A DNA stretch of 64,000 nt from positions 248,001 to 312,000 of the forward strand of contig CDLV01000012.1 in NCBI GenBank assembly GCA_001244265.2, given 5' to 3'. Below, in pieces: positions 27,434 through 42,300 of the stretch (its first letter is position 1; every line of letters begins with the position of its first letter). This DNA is from Microbotryum violaceum (lineage: Eukaryota). A model generated the notes under the pieces. The model worked only from the letters and a program-made list of their open reading frames with translations. It ran no database searches and was not told the origin of the DNA. The position numbers and the translations under genes were made by a program.

Positions 27434-29067
27434 TCACAACTTCATCCCACCCGACGAAGCGCCGCCCAACCTCATCCCGATGCCCGGTGTGCCCAACTCA
27501 CTCAGTCTTCTTATCGTACCCGGAAAGCCCGGTCGCGTCCACATGGTCGTCGAGCCCCCAATACCCAATACACCATTCCCACCCGATTCCTCATCCGACC
27601 CCTCGGAATCACCACTACTCGCATTGCCGATCCCCACAGCGCCACCGACGGCCCCCATTGCCGCGCCGCTCATCCTCCCCGAAACGAGTCGATTCACATC
27701 CATCATGACGTGGTGCATTTGCATCCTCAGACCGTGGGTTAACGCTCGGAGAGAGGCGATCTCTTCGCCTGTTCGGACTGAGTCGTGTTGTATCGTTTGG
27801 GAGAGGCCGGCTTCGAGCGACGAGTGAGAGGACTGTAGGGAGCCTAGCTGGGATTGAAGCGAGGATAGCTGCGTCGAGAGTGTAGTCGAAGAGGTGGCCA
27901 AGCCGGGTGAACTTAAACGTGAACCGACAGAAACCGACAGAGGAAGGGCTTCGAGCAATGGTGTCGAGTCGAAGCGTTCGGTGGAAGAGGTTGCATCGAC
28001 TTTTGTCGGTTGTGGAACGCTTGATGGTTCAGGGGCGACCCAAAATTCGCCCATACCTCTCCTTACCCCTTCGAGGACTTCCCGCATCTCCCTCATGCCT
28101 TCTTCGAGCTTGCCAACTCGTTGCCGCAACCACCAGTTTTCCCCTTCGACGCGGTCGATGATGCCCTTTTGTTGATCGAGATAGGTCTTGATCGGTTCGT
28201 AGGGACAAGCGACGTCGAGGTGTTCGTCGGCCATCAGCGAGCGAGCGACCCGGCTTGAGCAGCCATGGGCAGCATGCGGACATAGTATTGGGATCATAGG
28301 ACAAGTTTCGAGGTGATGGGACGGTAGTGCTGATCGAAGGAGCATTGTCGAGCAATAATTGCAGTTGACCTCGGCCGAAGGACAGGTCAATCCGTGCGAC
28401 TGAGGACGAATTTTCATACGCCGACCGACGAGTTAGACCGACGAGCGTTCCAAATTCTGGGCAGGCGAAAGGCACTCACCGAGAGATGACTGGCGAGCAA
28501 ATCTACGCGACATAAATCACATACGACCCATATCTCCTGGCCGTTCTCGTCAACATTCGCCGAATCCTCTTCGACGTTGCTGACGGTGACCTTGGCCTTG
28601 CCCTTCCCCTTGGTATCCGAAACGGTGGCGATCTCGCGCTCGTATTGACACTGGTCCTTGAGATGAATGGACAACCAGCCCCTCTCACATTCGATATCGC
28701 ATCCTTTTTCCGCGTGAGGACACTTGACGCTCAATTCATCGACGAGTTGGTGGACGATGCGAGGCGCGTCGACCAACTCCTGCTGCAGCAATGCCGAGCG
28801 GTCGATCGGGCACGTCGACGACAGCAAAAGGGCGCGGCTGATGCAGTGATGACAGAAGATGTGTTGGCACATCGGTGACATGACCGGGTGGATGAAGGGG
28901 TTGCTGGTGGACGACATGAACGCGAGGGGTAAGGTAAGCAATGTGGAGAACTGGATGACCGGCCCGTGCCAGTCAGACGGAAGACGGGGTGACACTCACC
29001 GACATATGGCGCATTCGAGGGATGCGTTGACCTGGCCCACATAGTCGTATACGTTTTCGCGTTCCAT
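27434..29067 (-). CDS. RING (C3HC4) + TRAF-type zinc-finger protein, probable E3 ligase
   Basis: YDYVGQVNASLECAIC/RNPFIHPV...CQHIFCHHC...CPIDR, LVDELSVKCPH...GC...H...C, further TRAF fingers (CNYC...H...CP...CPHAAHGC) and a coiled coil. Start codon uncertain. Confidence 0.85.
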
Positions 29068-29614
29068 CCTGACGCAACAAGGTGACAAACCGGAGCAGAA
29101 GCGAAAGCAGAACGCGCAGAGACGGGCCTGACGCGCCACTCGTACGCCTGCACACACCGGTCCGGCCGAGTCGAGATGCCGAGTCGGATTTCATGAGGGT
29201 GCCAAAAAAAACTGAACTCGACAAGCACTTCGGTGAGGCAGTTAAAATGATGCTTTGATGCTTTGACCGCGAACACAAAATCACTCGAATCTACACAAAG
29301 CCATTACTGCTCATTACACTACTGCCGACATGATGCCCACTCTCGCGCAGTCTTTATTTTCGCGACGGCATCCCATATGAAAGAGTGAAGAGGATGCAAA
29401 TTTGTAAACATGGAGAAGCAGCTGCAACAATAAGAGGATTTGTCAGCTTGACCACTTCGGGTTAAACCAAGCCATTCCTGCAACGAACCTTCGTGGCCCA
29501 TCGGGTCTCCGCGATGTGCCGGTGTCGCACGTGACCGCGGCGGGGACCCGCCCCAGCAACCAGTGCCTGATTGTCCACGCATTCTCTCCCTCCTCCCCTC
29601 CGCTCCTACAGCTC

Positions 29615-29992
29615 TCAAGCTTGTACCACTTTCCATCCAATCAGAGCCGTGACACCAGCTGCCACACTACTCTGGATCGCATCTTTGGCGGCCATGTCGC
29701 CGTGATGATAGCTGAGGTACCCGATGCCCACGTCGAGCGCCTCGGTAAGCGCGACGAGTTTGGCCGTCGTCCTGTACTCGGTGCTTCCACGAGGCGTGGC
29801 CAAAAGCATGACCCCAAAGACGATGTTTCGGACGCCAATGAGACGCGAGAGGTGTAGCGTCGACGAGGTGATGGAGGTGAGGTTGAACGCCACGCACGTT
29901 GCCTCCGGGAGGAAGGTCAATCCGATTCCGGGGCCGACCACCATCAGCGAAAACAGGTACGCCCACAGCGCTGAGCTAGTACGAGCGGCCAT
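29615..29992 (-). CDS. Small 4-TM membrane protein, DUF4267-like
   Basis: Intronless ORF with four hydrophobic segments, a RLIGVRNIVFG (GxRd-like) motif and a downstream Asp (ALDVGIG). Confidence 0.65.
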   Translation of the reverse strand: MAARTSSALWAYLFSLMVVGPGIGLTFLPEATCVAFNLTSITSSTLHLSRLIGVRNIVFGVMLLATPRGSTEYRTTAKLVALTEALDVGIGYLSYHHGDMAAKDAIQSSVAAGVTALIGWKVVQA

Positions 29993-30133
29993 TATTGGGT
30001 GTCTATGAGCGGTTGGTTGGTAGTTGATCAAGGGAGGTGTTTGAGTGACAACAGCGACTGGATGAGCGAGACGGAAGGCAGACTCCTTCCCGACGGATCC
30101 TGCAGGACCGTGCTGCTAAGGCTAGCCAAGGCT

Positions 30134-31520
30134 AGGACCCCCGAAAGCCCGGCCTGAGGCGCGTAGCGCCCGATTGGGCAAATTTGGGGCCTCAGATGGG
30201 CCAAAATCGCCAAGGCGCGTAGTCGGGGGTGGACAAATCATGGTGCGCCGGTGTGGGTGGGGTCCTAGGCCCGTAGGTTTCAGTGGACAAATCGGGACCC
30301 ATTTCGGCCGCGTTCAGCTTGGAAAGCCAAAGTTTGCCGACCCTCAAGGGCAGCGAGAGCGCGCGCGAAACATTCCGGGCTGTACCGAATTCACAACAAC
30401 GGCTCTAATTGATGGATGTTTTGCACTTCCAACATTTATTCTTACACATCTACAATTAATTTGATCGACGTGCTTTTAACCTTCGGTTTCATGAATTATA
30501 GCCTCTTGGCTAGTTGAACGAAGCGTTTGAAAATTTGAACGTTTGAGTGCGCGCGTCTCTTGCCTTCCCCGCTACGTCGCGTCGACGTCGTCTGTGCCAT
30601 CATCGCCAATATCCTACATTCTCGGCACGGCTTGCTTTGACGAGACGTAGAGGTCCGGATATCGATCTCTTTGACGATGATTTTGAGCGAATGGCACCCC
30701 TCTTGGACGTGAGGGTGTCTGAGCTTTTCGCCTCCAGCTTTGACAAACCAGCCAATGCACCCGGATTCAGCTTAAACAGCTTTCATGGTCGACAGACGAG
30801 CCTCTCGAGTTTGAATCCCTTGCTAGGCCGCTCGATGCTTTGAGGGACAAGTTGAGGATCGTGGAGCAATCCTTGCGGCACGTAGGCAAGGCCACCCGTC
30901 TATCATTATCGGCTGCCCTTCGACGTCGAATCTGGCGGCATATGCATCACGCTGAGCGCATGCGTTCGGTTGTCCTCAGTAGCCAAGAGTTGGTGAAGTT
31001 ATCCGCGTGTCGGCATCGAAGATCAACGTCCCTTCGTTAGAGCTCTGGAAGTGATGCCGTCACTGCTCGTTGAGGAGCAATTACCCCCCTCAATGAACCT
31101 GGGGGTTCGTAGATCTCACTGTAGCTAGCTTACTGCTTCGCAGAGTGACTGCAATCGATCTTACCTCTCGTGGTTCGTTACATGTATACTATGGCCACGT
31201 TAAATCATAGGCAAAGAGGCAGGCAGTAAGTGCAGGTGGGGAGCCCTCGGCGAAGCAGAACCGAAACGGCTGACGCGCGCGCGGGCTCCGCCGATTCGGC
31301 CCGAGCGAAAAACGTCCGGACGGCGTTTTCGCGATTTTTAAAGATGTTTTAGAGCATTTGAAGCAATTCTAGAGTTATTTTTTGAGGCGCGTAGATGGAC
31401 TGGACATTTTGGGGACATTTTTGGGCCAAAATTCCAAAAAATGGTGGACAAATGAGGTCCAAAATCGGCGATTTCCCCGGATTTTACCTGCGCGCCTCAG
31501 GCTGGGCTTTCATGGGTCCT
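30134..31520. mobile_element. Non-autonomous TIR DNA transposon (AGGACCC family, copy 2), 8-bp TSD
   Basis: Left end AGGACCCCCGAAAGCCCGGCCTGAGGCGCG; reverse complement of right end AGGACCCATGAAAGCCCAGCCTGAGGCGCG; CCAAGGCT at both 30126-30133 and 31521-31528; subterminal GGACA(T/A)(T/A)T motifs. Confidence 0.87.
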
Positions 31521-31779
31521 CCAAGGCTCCCCTGAATGTCAAAATCGACCGTTCGATCCCGAAGCGGTCCGTGCGTCACGCGGGCGAGTTCGGCGATACT
31601 TGTCAGCGCGCCGCGGGTGAGCACGCCATCCAACAACCGCCTTATAAGGAACGCCAGATTGCACGGCTCTGCGAAACGCGCCTTGGCCGACCTCGACGGG
31701 GTTCGCTTACGGCACTTCTACTGCCACACCTTTCCTCCTTTCCATCCCTCCACACACCACAAAACCTTTCTCACTAGAT

Positions 31780-34195
<2,416 letters not shown>

Positions 34196-35578
34196 ACGCG
34201 CCCAGTGTAGAAAAAAGACGGTATATAGAGTATGTGTCTGATGTAGGAGAAAACGTCACATTGACAGGCGAGATGCAATTCTCTGATGCCGCAAAACATG
34301 ATGAGCTAAACATGATATGTCGTCCCGAAGAGGGTCGGGAGGGGGACAGTACACCAGAGCTACTGTGCCATTCAAGCCGAGCCTGGAAGTGTTTCCTCAC
34401 TCGATAGATAGGTAAAACCCCGCCCATAGTTAACCTTTATACGCCAACTTTGGATCGATAGTTGACTATCGCAAGTTTGAGCGTACCTTGAAGTTGGTGT
34501 GCGCACGCGAGCCTGAGCACCGGCTCGCCAGCGGACGATGTGTTTCCTGACTGTCTGCTCGCTCTGGACGGGCTTTCGGGCCCAAAACCCGGGTAAGCAA
34601 AGTCGCGACGCGTCGCGTCGACGTGCGCAGCACTTCGTTGTCAGGGCCAAAGCACGCCGGCCGCTCGGGGTGGTCGGCCACAATTTTTTCCTGACTTCCT
34701 GGCTCAAGGTTGACTAAGATAGTAATCTGTTATTTACCTACACATAGCAAAGTTCGGACCCCAGTGTTCAAACTTTGCCCGAAGTTCCGCGTGAGCGAGT
34801 ATTTAATTATCGGGCGCTCGGACTCCGACGGGCCGATAAAGTTGTTGTGTTTTATGTATCATTCAGGTTGTTACAATCACCTGCTGCCATAATCCGAAGT
34901 TGATCTGAGGCATTTAAAGGTGAAATGGAGGTCTGAGCGGCGCGGCAGAGGCAAGGTACATGCAACTCGAAGATCATGTACGTTGTGCACTGTCATGAAC
35001 TTGAGGCCACAAATACTACGACACCCCACTGCAACGGAGATCGGACTTGGCAAAAGTAGTGCTCTCGGGGCAGATTCTGCTCCATCGCCACGGTGACTAG
35101 TGTGTCACGGCAGTTCTTCCGGCGGAGTGATCTTTGCCGAGCTCGAGCTCCGAGCGGCGGCGACCCAACTGTATGGCACAAGCTTCGTACATCCAGAATC
35201 AAGTGACGGACAGTTACTAGTGGTTCAAGTTCGAGCAGTTTTCCTGCGGAAGTCCGATTACGACTCTCCAACAAGTGACCATGCAACGCCCCCTGCGAGA
35301 GAATTTTCAGAGCTTGCTACATTCGAGCGAGTATTCAAATCGTTCGCGCCCTTGAATCGAGTCTACAAGTCCCACAACTCAGCCGATGGGACGGGGAGCA
35401 AGACAGTCTAACTTGTAAGTGATCTGAGTTGAATTGATCCGAAGTGATCTGGACTAATCCGCCTGCGAAATTGACCGTGGACAGGCTCGATCCGGTATGT
35501 CATCTGCCTACGTCACCTGCTCCTCCCTACCCTCCCGACCGTTAAAGCGAATCCACGCACTCGGACACTTTGGCCAAG

Positions 35579-36983
35579 ATGCAGTCCTTGGTCGACTATG
35601 GCAGTGATTCGGATGACGAGACACCAACTATGTCAGCTGTCTCAGCCACGGCATCCGTCAAGTCCGGCTCGTCGTCGTCGTTCCTCAATCTGCCACCTCC
35701 CAAAGTATCCACAGCCTCCACAACGCCAGCTACTTTATCATCGTCGAAAGATACAATACCAACCAAGAAGCCTCTGCCAGCGATGCCACCGAAGAAAGCC
35801 AAAGGCCCCGTTCGGATCCTGCTCGACCTACCGCCTCCGTCTGCTTCGTCGTCGTCGTCCCCTTCCACCTCCACGTCCACACCGTCAAACAACGACATTG
35901 ACCACGATGGCCCAGACGGACCAATCAAGAAGAAGCCCAAGCTCACACTAGGCGGCTTATCGTCTGGAAGCGATGGTGGATTGGCCGCGTTGTTGCCCAA
36001 ACCCAAGAACGAAGCTCCACCGCCGTTGCAAACTAGCGGATCGTCGACTAAGCCGCTCGGTGGAGGAGGTCTGATGGGTAGGTTACCACCTCCAGCCTCG
36101 TCTACGGTTCAGTCGAGCTCGACGGCCGTCGATCCAAGTGAGGGTGGGAAGACAGGTCCAAGTGGGGGATTCTTGCCAAATACGTTGGCTAACAAAGCCA
36201 AGGCCAAGGCGACAAATGGCGCGGTTGCTGAGACGACACCAGCTCAACAAGACCTTGGATTGGACTTCTTTGGACTAGGTAAGAGCCCCAGAACAGCTGG
36301 TTTCATGCCTTGCTCGAACTGACCCTGGGGGTTTGCGATTCAGGCTCGGTGGCCTCATCAGCGCCGTCGCACCCGTCGGCGACCTTGTCCTCGTCGAGAT
36401 TGAGCAAGCCTACGATGACGATCTCCTCCGCACCAACACCTATAGCCGTACCAGTAACTTCACTATCCAAGACACCGACGGCTTCCGATCCCTACCCAGG
36501 TTTCACCCAGCTCCCTTCCGGAGAATGGGTCGCCAAAGATCAAGAGACGTACGATCTCTGGGTACAGTCCATGGCCGCCGAACAGCAGCAGGCACAAGAA
36601 GTGCCGAAGGAGTTCATCGATGCGACTCGACAGGGTAAGATTCTCGATTTGCACGAGGAGCAAGAACGGGCCAAGAACGTTTGGGCCGACCGACCGGAAC
36701 AGTTGCCGGGTCAAGAATGGCAAAAGAAGGGGCACGACGAGGAGGCCCAGGCTAAAGTGGTGAGTCGAATGGGATCTAGGGAGCTTTTTCGGCGCATCAC
36801 TAACATACTCCTAACATCTTCTACGCGTCAAAGCCACTCAAACCGGGGCAGTATCGAGCTCGGCAAAAGGGCCAACTGTCGGCCTTGCTCGCCGATGCGG
36901 TCGAGAACCGCGCCGAGTTGGAGGAGAGGATCGCAAGGGGGAAAGCCAACAGGAAGGCTGCGGGAAATCGGTATGGCTTCTAG
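35579..36983 (+). CDS. PRCC-like (MAD2B-interacting) protein
   Basis: N-terminal SLVDYGSDSD, Pro-rich middle, C-terminal RARQKGQLSALLADAVENRAELEERIARGKANRKAAGNRYGF*. Confidence 0.82.
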
Positions 36984-37204
36984 ATTGCAGACTCAAGAAT
37001 ATGTTGATTGTAGATGATGCATGGGGAAGATCGTCGTACCACCCTACACATCACTACCTTCGGACCGACTTCCGTGTGTGAGGAGTCGAAGTCTGGGCGC
37101 CTGTGTGCATCTGTGCAAGTCTGTGCATCGGGTGAGAGCGCGTGGAGGGGTGATCGCGAGAGCGGAGAGGTAGCTTGTACTGTTTGCCACATCTTTCCGA
37201 GGCA

Positions 37205-39536
37205 ATGCCTCCCAAACACCGGAGTGGAAAGTCGTCTAGACATGTTGAACGACATGGCAAGGGCGAGGTGAGAACAGAACGGTTGCTTCAGAAAGCCAGC
37301 GGTGACGTTGCTTCGCCATCTGGGGCACCCACCACACTCGTCACAGGCGTCGCCGTCATCGGTGCTTCTTCGGAGCTTCTTCTTGTGTTTCCCCTACCTC
37401 TCTTCCGGAACATCGACGACGCTGCTCAATCCTATTTTTGGATCTACTCCGGTCGAAGTCAATACGGAACACGTCGTGGTCTACCCCGTCGTGCTGGGTG
37501 TCGTCGTTTCGTTCGTCTACTTGTCGAGCAATCACGGCCGGCCAATCCCATGGACAGCATGCTGGAGCTTCACCGCAATCTGGTCCATCGCTTCCGAACG
37601 CATCGTGAGAATATGCTCGGGTTGGTTGGTCGGACAGGGTCTGAGGCGGGCCGTGAGGTGGGGCTGGTTCCTCTTGAGAGGACCGCCGGCGATGTTGAGA
37701 GCCTCGTGGAGGATGGGACTCGTTAATGACCTCAAGGTGAGCAATCCTCGATCCCCGCAGATCATTGGCTCACCTTTTTGAAAATATCTCCTCCGTATAC
37801 AGACCGTCAAAGGTCCGTGGTCTGCCCTCGCGACTCTTGCTGGTGCCATGGGTATTGCGCTCGCCCTCGAAAGTTCTTCCCTCGGTAGCTTCAATAACCG
37901 ATGGCTGCCCTACACCGGAATTTATCCGACGCTGGTCCCGGAAACAACGGTCGTGAGTGCGACAAGTCGGTGATCAAGGCTTGGACGTACTTGAGCTCAC
38001 CTTTTGAACCTTGTCCGCACTCACAGATGAATATTCACTCGCTGGCTTTGATTTTAATTGTGCTCGTACCGACCCTGAGGCGCCAAGTCGACCCTCCAAA
38101 CGGCCTTTCGACATCCTCAATATCTACAAAATCGAGCGTTGTACTTGTGTGCCTCACCGCATCAGCCTTGCTCGCATCGATCTTTTCGTCGCCGACTTGT
38201 CACCTCAAACCCTATCTACCCTCATTCTTCTGCTCCAAGCCGATAGCAATCGGTCCAGTCCGAATTCTGGCTTCTCAGCAATCGATCACGGGTCGAGTCG
38301 TTGTTGGAGAGACTATGGTGCACAATCTTACGCTGAGGTATCTGCGCGTCGACCATTCGTTGCTCGGAGGATTGTGGATGATGCCTGCTAAACAGGACAT
38401 GGCGACGGGTCGACCGAGCCGATCAGCTGTGGACGATGTGGAAGCGGAGCTGAGAAGAGCCGAAAGCATTTATGTAAGTGATCGGTTTCCTTCCGACGAG
38501 AGCGGGTGCTTGGCTGCTGTGCTGGGGCAACATGAGTCTAACTCCAACCGATCTGTCACCCTCGGCGAGATAGTCAACCTTCATATTACAGGAGCTAGTC
38601 AGGCTAGCGAGGCCACCGAGGATAACGGGTGGAGTCCAAGAGGAAAAGGCTTTAGTCATGTGAGTAGGCTAAATTCGATACATTCAACCCATGTTCGATC
38701 CGTCAGCTCATAGACCGCGCCGTTTCTGATCGCAGTGGCTTAGGGGCGGGATTGATCGCTCGTTCGCTCGAGCAACATGGGATTGTGACATCGCTCGTCG
38801 AGATTGACCCAGTCGTCTACCAATATGCACGTGACTATTACGGAGTGAAAAACATGCGCGGCGAGATTGCTCTCGAGGACGCGATTGGGTTTCTCTCGAG
38901 GAAGCAAGTACAGGAGGTGAGTTGGGGCGGAACTCAACACAGTGGCAAACGGCCGACGCTTCGGGAAGGCTGAATTCCGCACCGTTTCGCATTCACTGCC
39001 AGACATACGACTACATCATTCACGACGTCTTCACCGGTGGCACGGTCCCTCCTTCGCTTTTCACGATGGAGGCTTGGGCACTGGTCAAATCCGCTCTCAC
39101 CCCGGACGGTTTGGTCGCCATCAACTTTGCCGGCACAGTCGATTCCCCCACCAGTCACGTCGTGCTATCAACCATTCTCGCCTCTTTCTACCATTGCATC
39201 GTTCTAGGTGATGGAGGCCTGACGCGTTCCACCTCGGGGTTCAGTAACCTCGCAATCTTTTGCTCTGCGCAACCGGGTCGGAAGGTCGTTCTACGACCAG
39301 CCGTAGCCAGCGATTATCTCGAATGGCCTTCACCCAATCTACGACGCAAGATCCTGGGTAACTTCCAGGACTTTGTTCAGGATCTGCATGAATTGGTTCC
39401 GAGGAACAAGTTGGAGGACGTGTTGAGAGGGAAGAAGGGGCGGAGAAGGCTGAAGGATTTGCAAAGGGGTTCGGCCGAGTTGCATTGGGGTTTGATGAAT
39501 GGGGTGCTGCCGCTGGAGGTATGGGATATGTATTAG
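37205..39536 (+). CDS. Membrane-anchored spermidine/spermine-synthase-like SAM-dependent methyltransferase
   Basis: N-terminal TM region (LLNPIFGSTP), then QSITGRVVV, LRYLRVDHSLLGGLW, ALVIGLGAG, VEIDPVVYQYARDY, YDYIIHDVFTGG, NFAG. Confidence 0.85.
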
Positions 39537-39680
39537 ATCGACGTTTTGATTGGATCTAATTCAACATTCCTTGCTTCCCCGTATGGAATCGCGAGCTTCT
39601 CAGAGACTCTAACTTAAACAGGGTCGTGGCTGCCCGGCGTGGGGCCGACGTAGTACGTATTAGTGCCGTAGTTTAGTATT

Positions 39681-42022
39681 CAGACGCCCAACGATCCACC
39701 AGCAGCTTGGACGTCCACCAAACACCGCCTGCTGCCCGAGCTGCAGGCTCTGGCCCGGACTTTCGCTCGGTGCCGTCGTGGCGGGTCGGAGCAAGAGAGG
39801 GCTGACCACTCGCGCTACGGCGCGGCCCTGCGGTCCCGCCTCGACCCATCTCTGGCGGGTCCCTCTTCCATCTTCATCCGCCTGCGCAAAGTGCGAGCAT
39901 CCGACCTGATCCCTTCGCTCACGGTCAACGATGTTGTTCATTTCGACCCTGATTTGATGCTTGGAGCGGCCAGCGACTACTTCGAGCGGGTCTATGAGGA
40001 CCGCCCCATCGATGACGCGGCCCTGAAGGCGATCATCGACGGCCTCGCTTCAACTCGCCTCTCCCCGCGGACTCACTCAAGCTCGAGGAAGCGTACCCGT
40101 TGGAGGAGATGACAAAGGCTCAAGAGGCGTTCCTCTGCGCCGTTGGCCTCGGCCCCAAAGCCCGCCAATGGTACCGAGCGACCTACACCAACCAATCTGC
40201 CTCGATCTTCCTCAACGGTTGGCTCTCTGCCACTTTCGACATCCTGTCGGGCGTTCGGCAAGGTGATCCTTTGGCTCCGTCTCTCTTCGTCCTGGCGATC
40301 GAAGGTTTTGCCTGTCAGATTCGATTGAGAGTCAAGGGCATCGATATTGCGGGCCTCCAAAACGTTCGCGAACTCCTTTTTGCCGACGACGCTTGCTGCG
40401 CACTCCACAACCTCTCGGACCTCGACCACCTCAATCGGGCGATCGAGCTTTACGAACGGGCAAGTGCCAGCAAGCTCAGCAACCCCAAATCTTTTCTCTA
40501 CCCCCTTGGAGCTTTTCGGGATCGGCCGGTCGCTCCAGATCTCGGGACCTGGGGTCTCAGCGATTCGCAGTTTCGCTACCTTGGTATTCAGGTCGGGGTG
40601 GAGATCGCCGAGGATGCGGGCTGGGAAGATGTCAAGGCCTTGACCATCGCTCGGATACGCTCAGTTCCGATGTACGATCTCCCATATGCAGCCAATTGTT
40701 CGATCATCAACATCTACTGCTACACAAAGATCTCGTACTACAGCCGATTCCTTCCCGCCCCCAAGAGCGTTGTCAAGGAGATCGAGGAGGCCGCCATGCT
40801 CGCCATTCACGGTCGAGCTTCGGATGGTACTCAGCGACGTCCGAAGGTCTCCCGGTGGCGCCTCTGCACCCCTCTTGATCACGGCGGCTTCGGTTTGATT
40901 GATCTGCCTCGGCGTCTAGCAATCGATCACGCGAAGTGGGTCTTCCAGCTCCGGGCCCCGGACGGCTGCTTCACACGCCACCTCTTCGACATCCGCATCC
41001 GCCTCCAGGCACCAAACGAACCAACCCCTTTCACCTTGTCCAGACCGGCCCCCAACCAGCATCGTTGCCCTTGGATTTGGATCTGGTGGGCATACTTTTG
41101 CCATCCTCCCCCAAAGTGGGACCATGCGGTGAGAAAAAACGACAAAACTTCTTCCTGCTCGTTGGGTCCGATACTTCGAAGCCTGGGCGTTGGTGACCAC
41201 GCTCAATCCCCCGGAACTCTCCAAGAGCCAGAACCTCGAGCAATGGGCGACGCACATACTCTATTTCTCAGCGGGCCACGGAATACAACTCTCGGTAAAC
41301 CCGACGCTTTTTCGAGGGCCCGATGGCGAGGTGATGACCCCGTCTTCGTTTTTGAACGCGTTCAAACGCCACCAAGTCTTCATCCTCCCTCCTATCTTCC
41401 CCAAGGGACACCAGAAGGTATTCGATCTGCCTGAGCAACGCTGGAACGCTTGGTGGAAGGCTTTGCGCAAGGTTCGCCGGGTTCACTCGGACGCCGAGGA
41501 TACCGGCCACCTTCTCTCCCTGGGATCCCTCCATCCGGGAAGCCAAGTCGCCTCCCCAACCAGCCCACATCCCAACAATCGATCTACCTCCTGTGTGATG
41601 TGCCTCTCGGAAGTACCCGAGTGCCTGGTTCACCTCGCGGTCGGCTGCCCATTTGCCCGGCGCCTCTGGTCTGCTCTGTCCCCGACCCCCCACCCAGTCT
41701 TTGTGGACTTTGTATGCCCGGTCGTGTCTCGCTCGGAACGTCGACTTGTCGAACTACGAGTCCTCTTCTTTCACTCGATCTGGAAGCTCTGTCGCCGTCG
41801 TCGATTCTCGTCGGATCTTTTGGAACCGATCACCGAAACGGAGTTCGAGGGGCTTCGAGCCTCTATCCAGGAGTCCAAGGGTCGCCTAGTGTCTCTGTAA
41901 GACACCGAAGGGGGTTTTAGTGGGTATGGTTGATCCTGGTTCAGGGTCAATGAGTCCTACACTACTGGCTTCTGCCAGTGTGCGTAACAGCATTCCCTCC
42001 GACTTTTCCGAAGATTTCTAGG
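39681..42022 (+). mobile_element. 5'-truncated, internally deleted non-LTR retrotransposon (L1/Tx1-like)
   Basis: RT motifs SGVRQGDPLAPSLF, LFADD, YLGI, GGFGL; C-terminal CxxC...HLxxxC zinc knuckle ending at stop 41900; frameshifts; N-terminal RT motifs missing. 5' boundary approximate. Confidence 0.9.
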
Positions 42023-42100
42023 TATTAATATAATTATGCTGTTAATGAAGTCTATCAAATAAATGAAGCACGCACACATAACCGCTCTACTCGCTTGTCA

Positions 42101-42300
42101 CTTTGGGCTCACATAAGGTCGGCTTTTGGGCCCACATCGGAGGCGACTCTGGTCCCACACCGAAGGCGACTCTGGTCCCACATCGGAGGCGACTTTGGGA
42201 TCACATCGGAGCGGACTTTGGGATCACATCGATGCGGACTTTGGGATCACATCCGAGGTCATTCTTGTACCACGTTCATGGGAACTTTGGTACCACATAG
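42101..42300 (+). repeat. 23-bp tandem array in the left TIR (~8.7 units, consensus CTTTGGGATCACATCGGAGGCGA)
   Basis: Units start in exact phase at 42101, 42124, 42147, 42170, 42193, 42216, 42239, 42262 and 42285. Confidence 0.92.

Noticed and set aside
34420-35460. Possible transposon remnant with recurring CCGAAGT/ACTTTGGATC-like motifs
   Set aside because: No convincing TIR pair, TSD or coding motif.
42101-42300. 23-bp array as a CRISPR-like array
   Set aside because: Units are contiguous with no unique spacers, are mirrored at the other element end, and there are no cas genes in this eukaryotic context.
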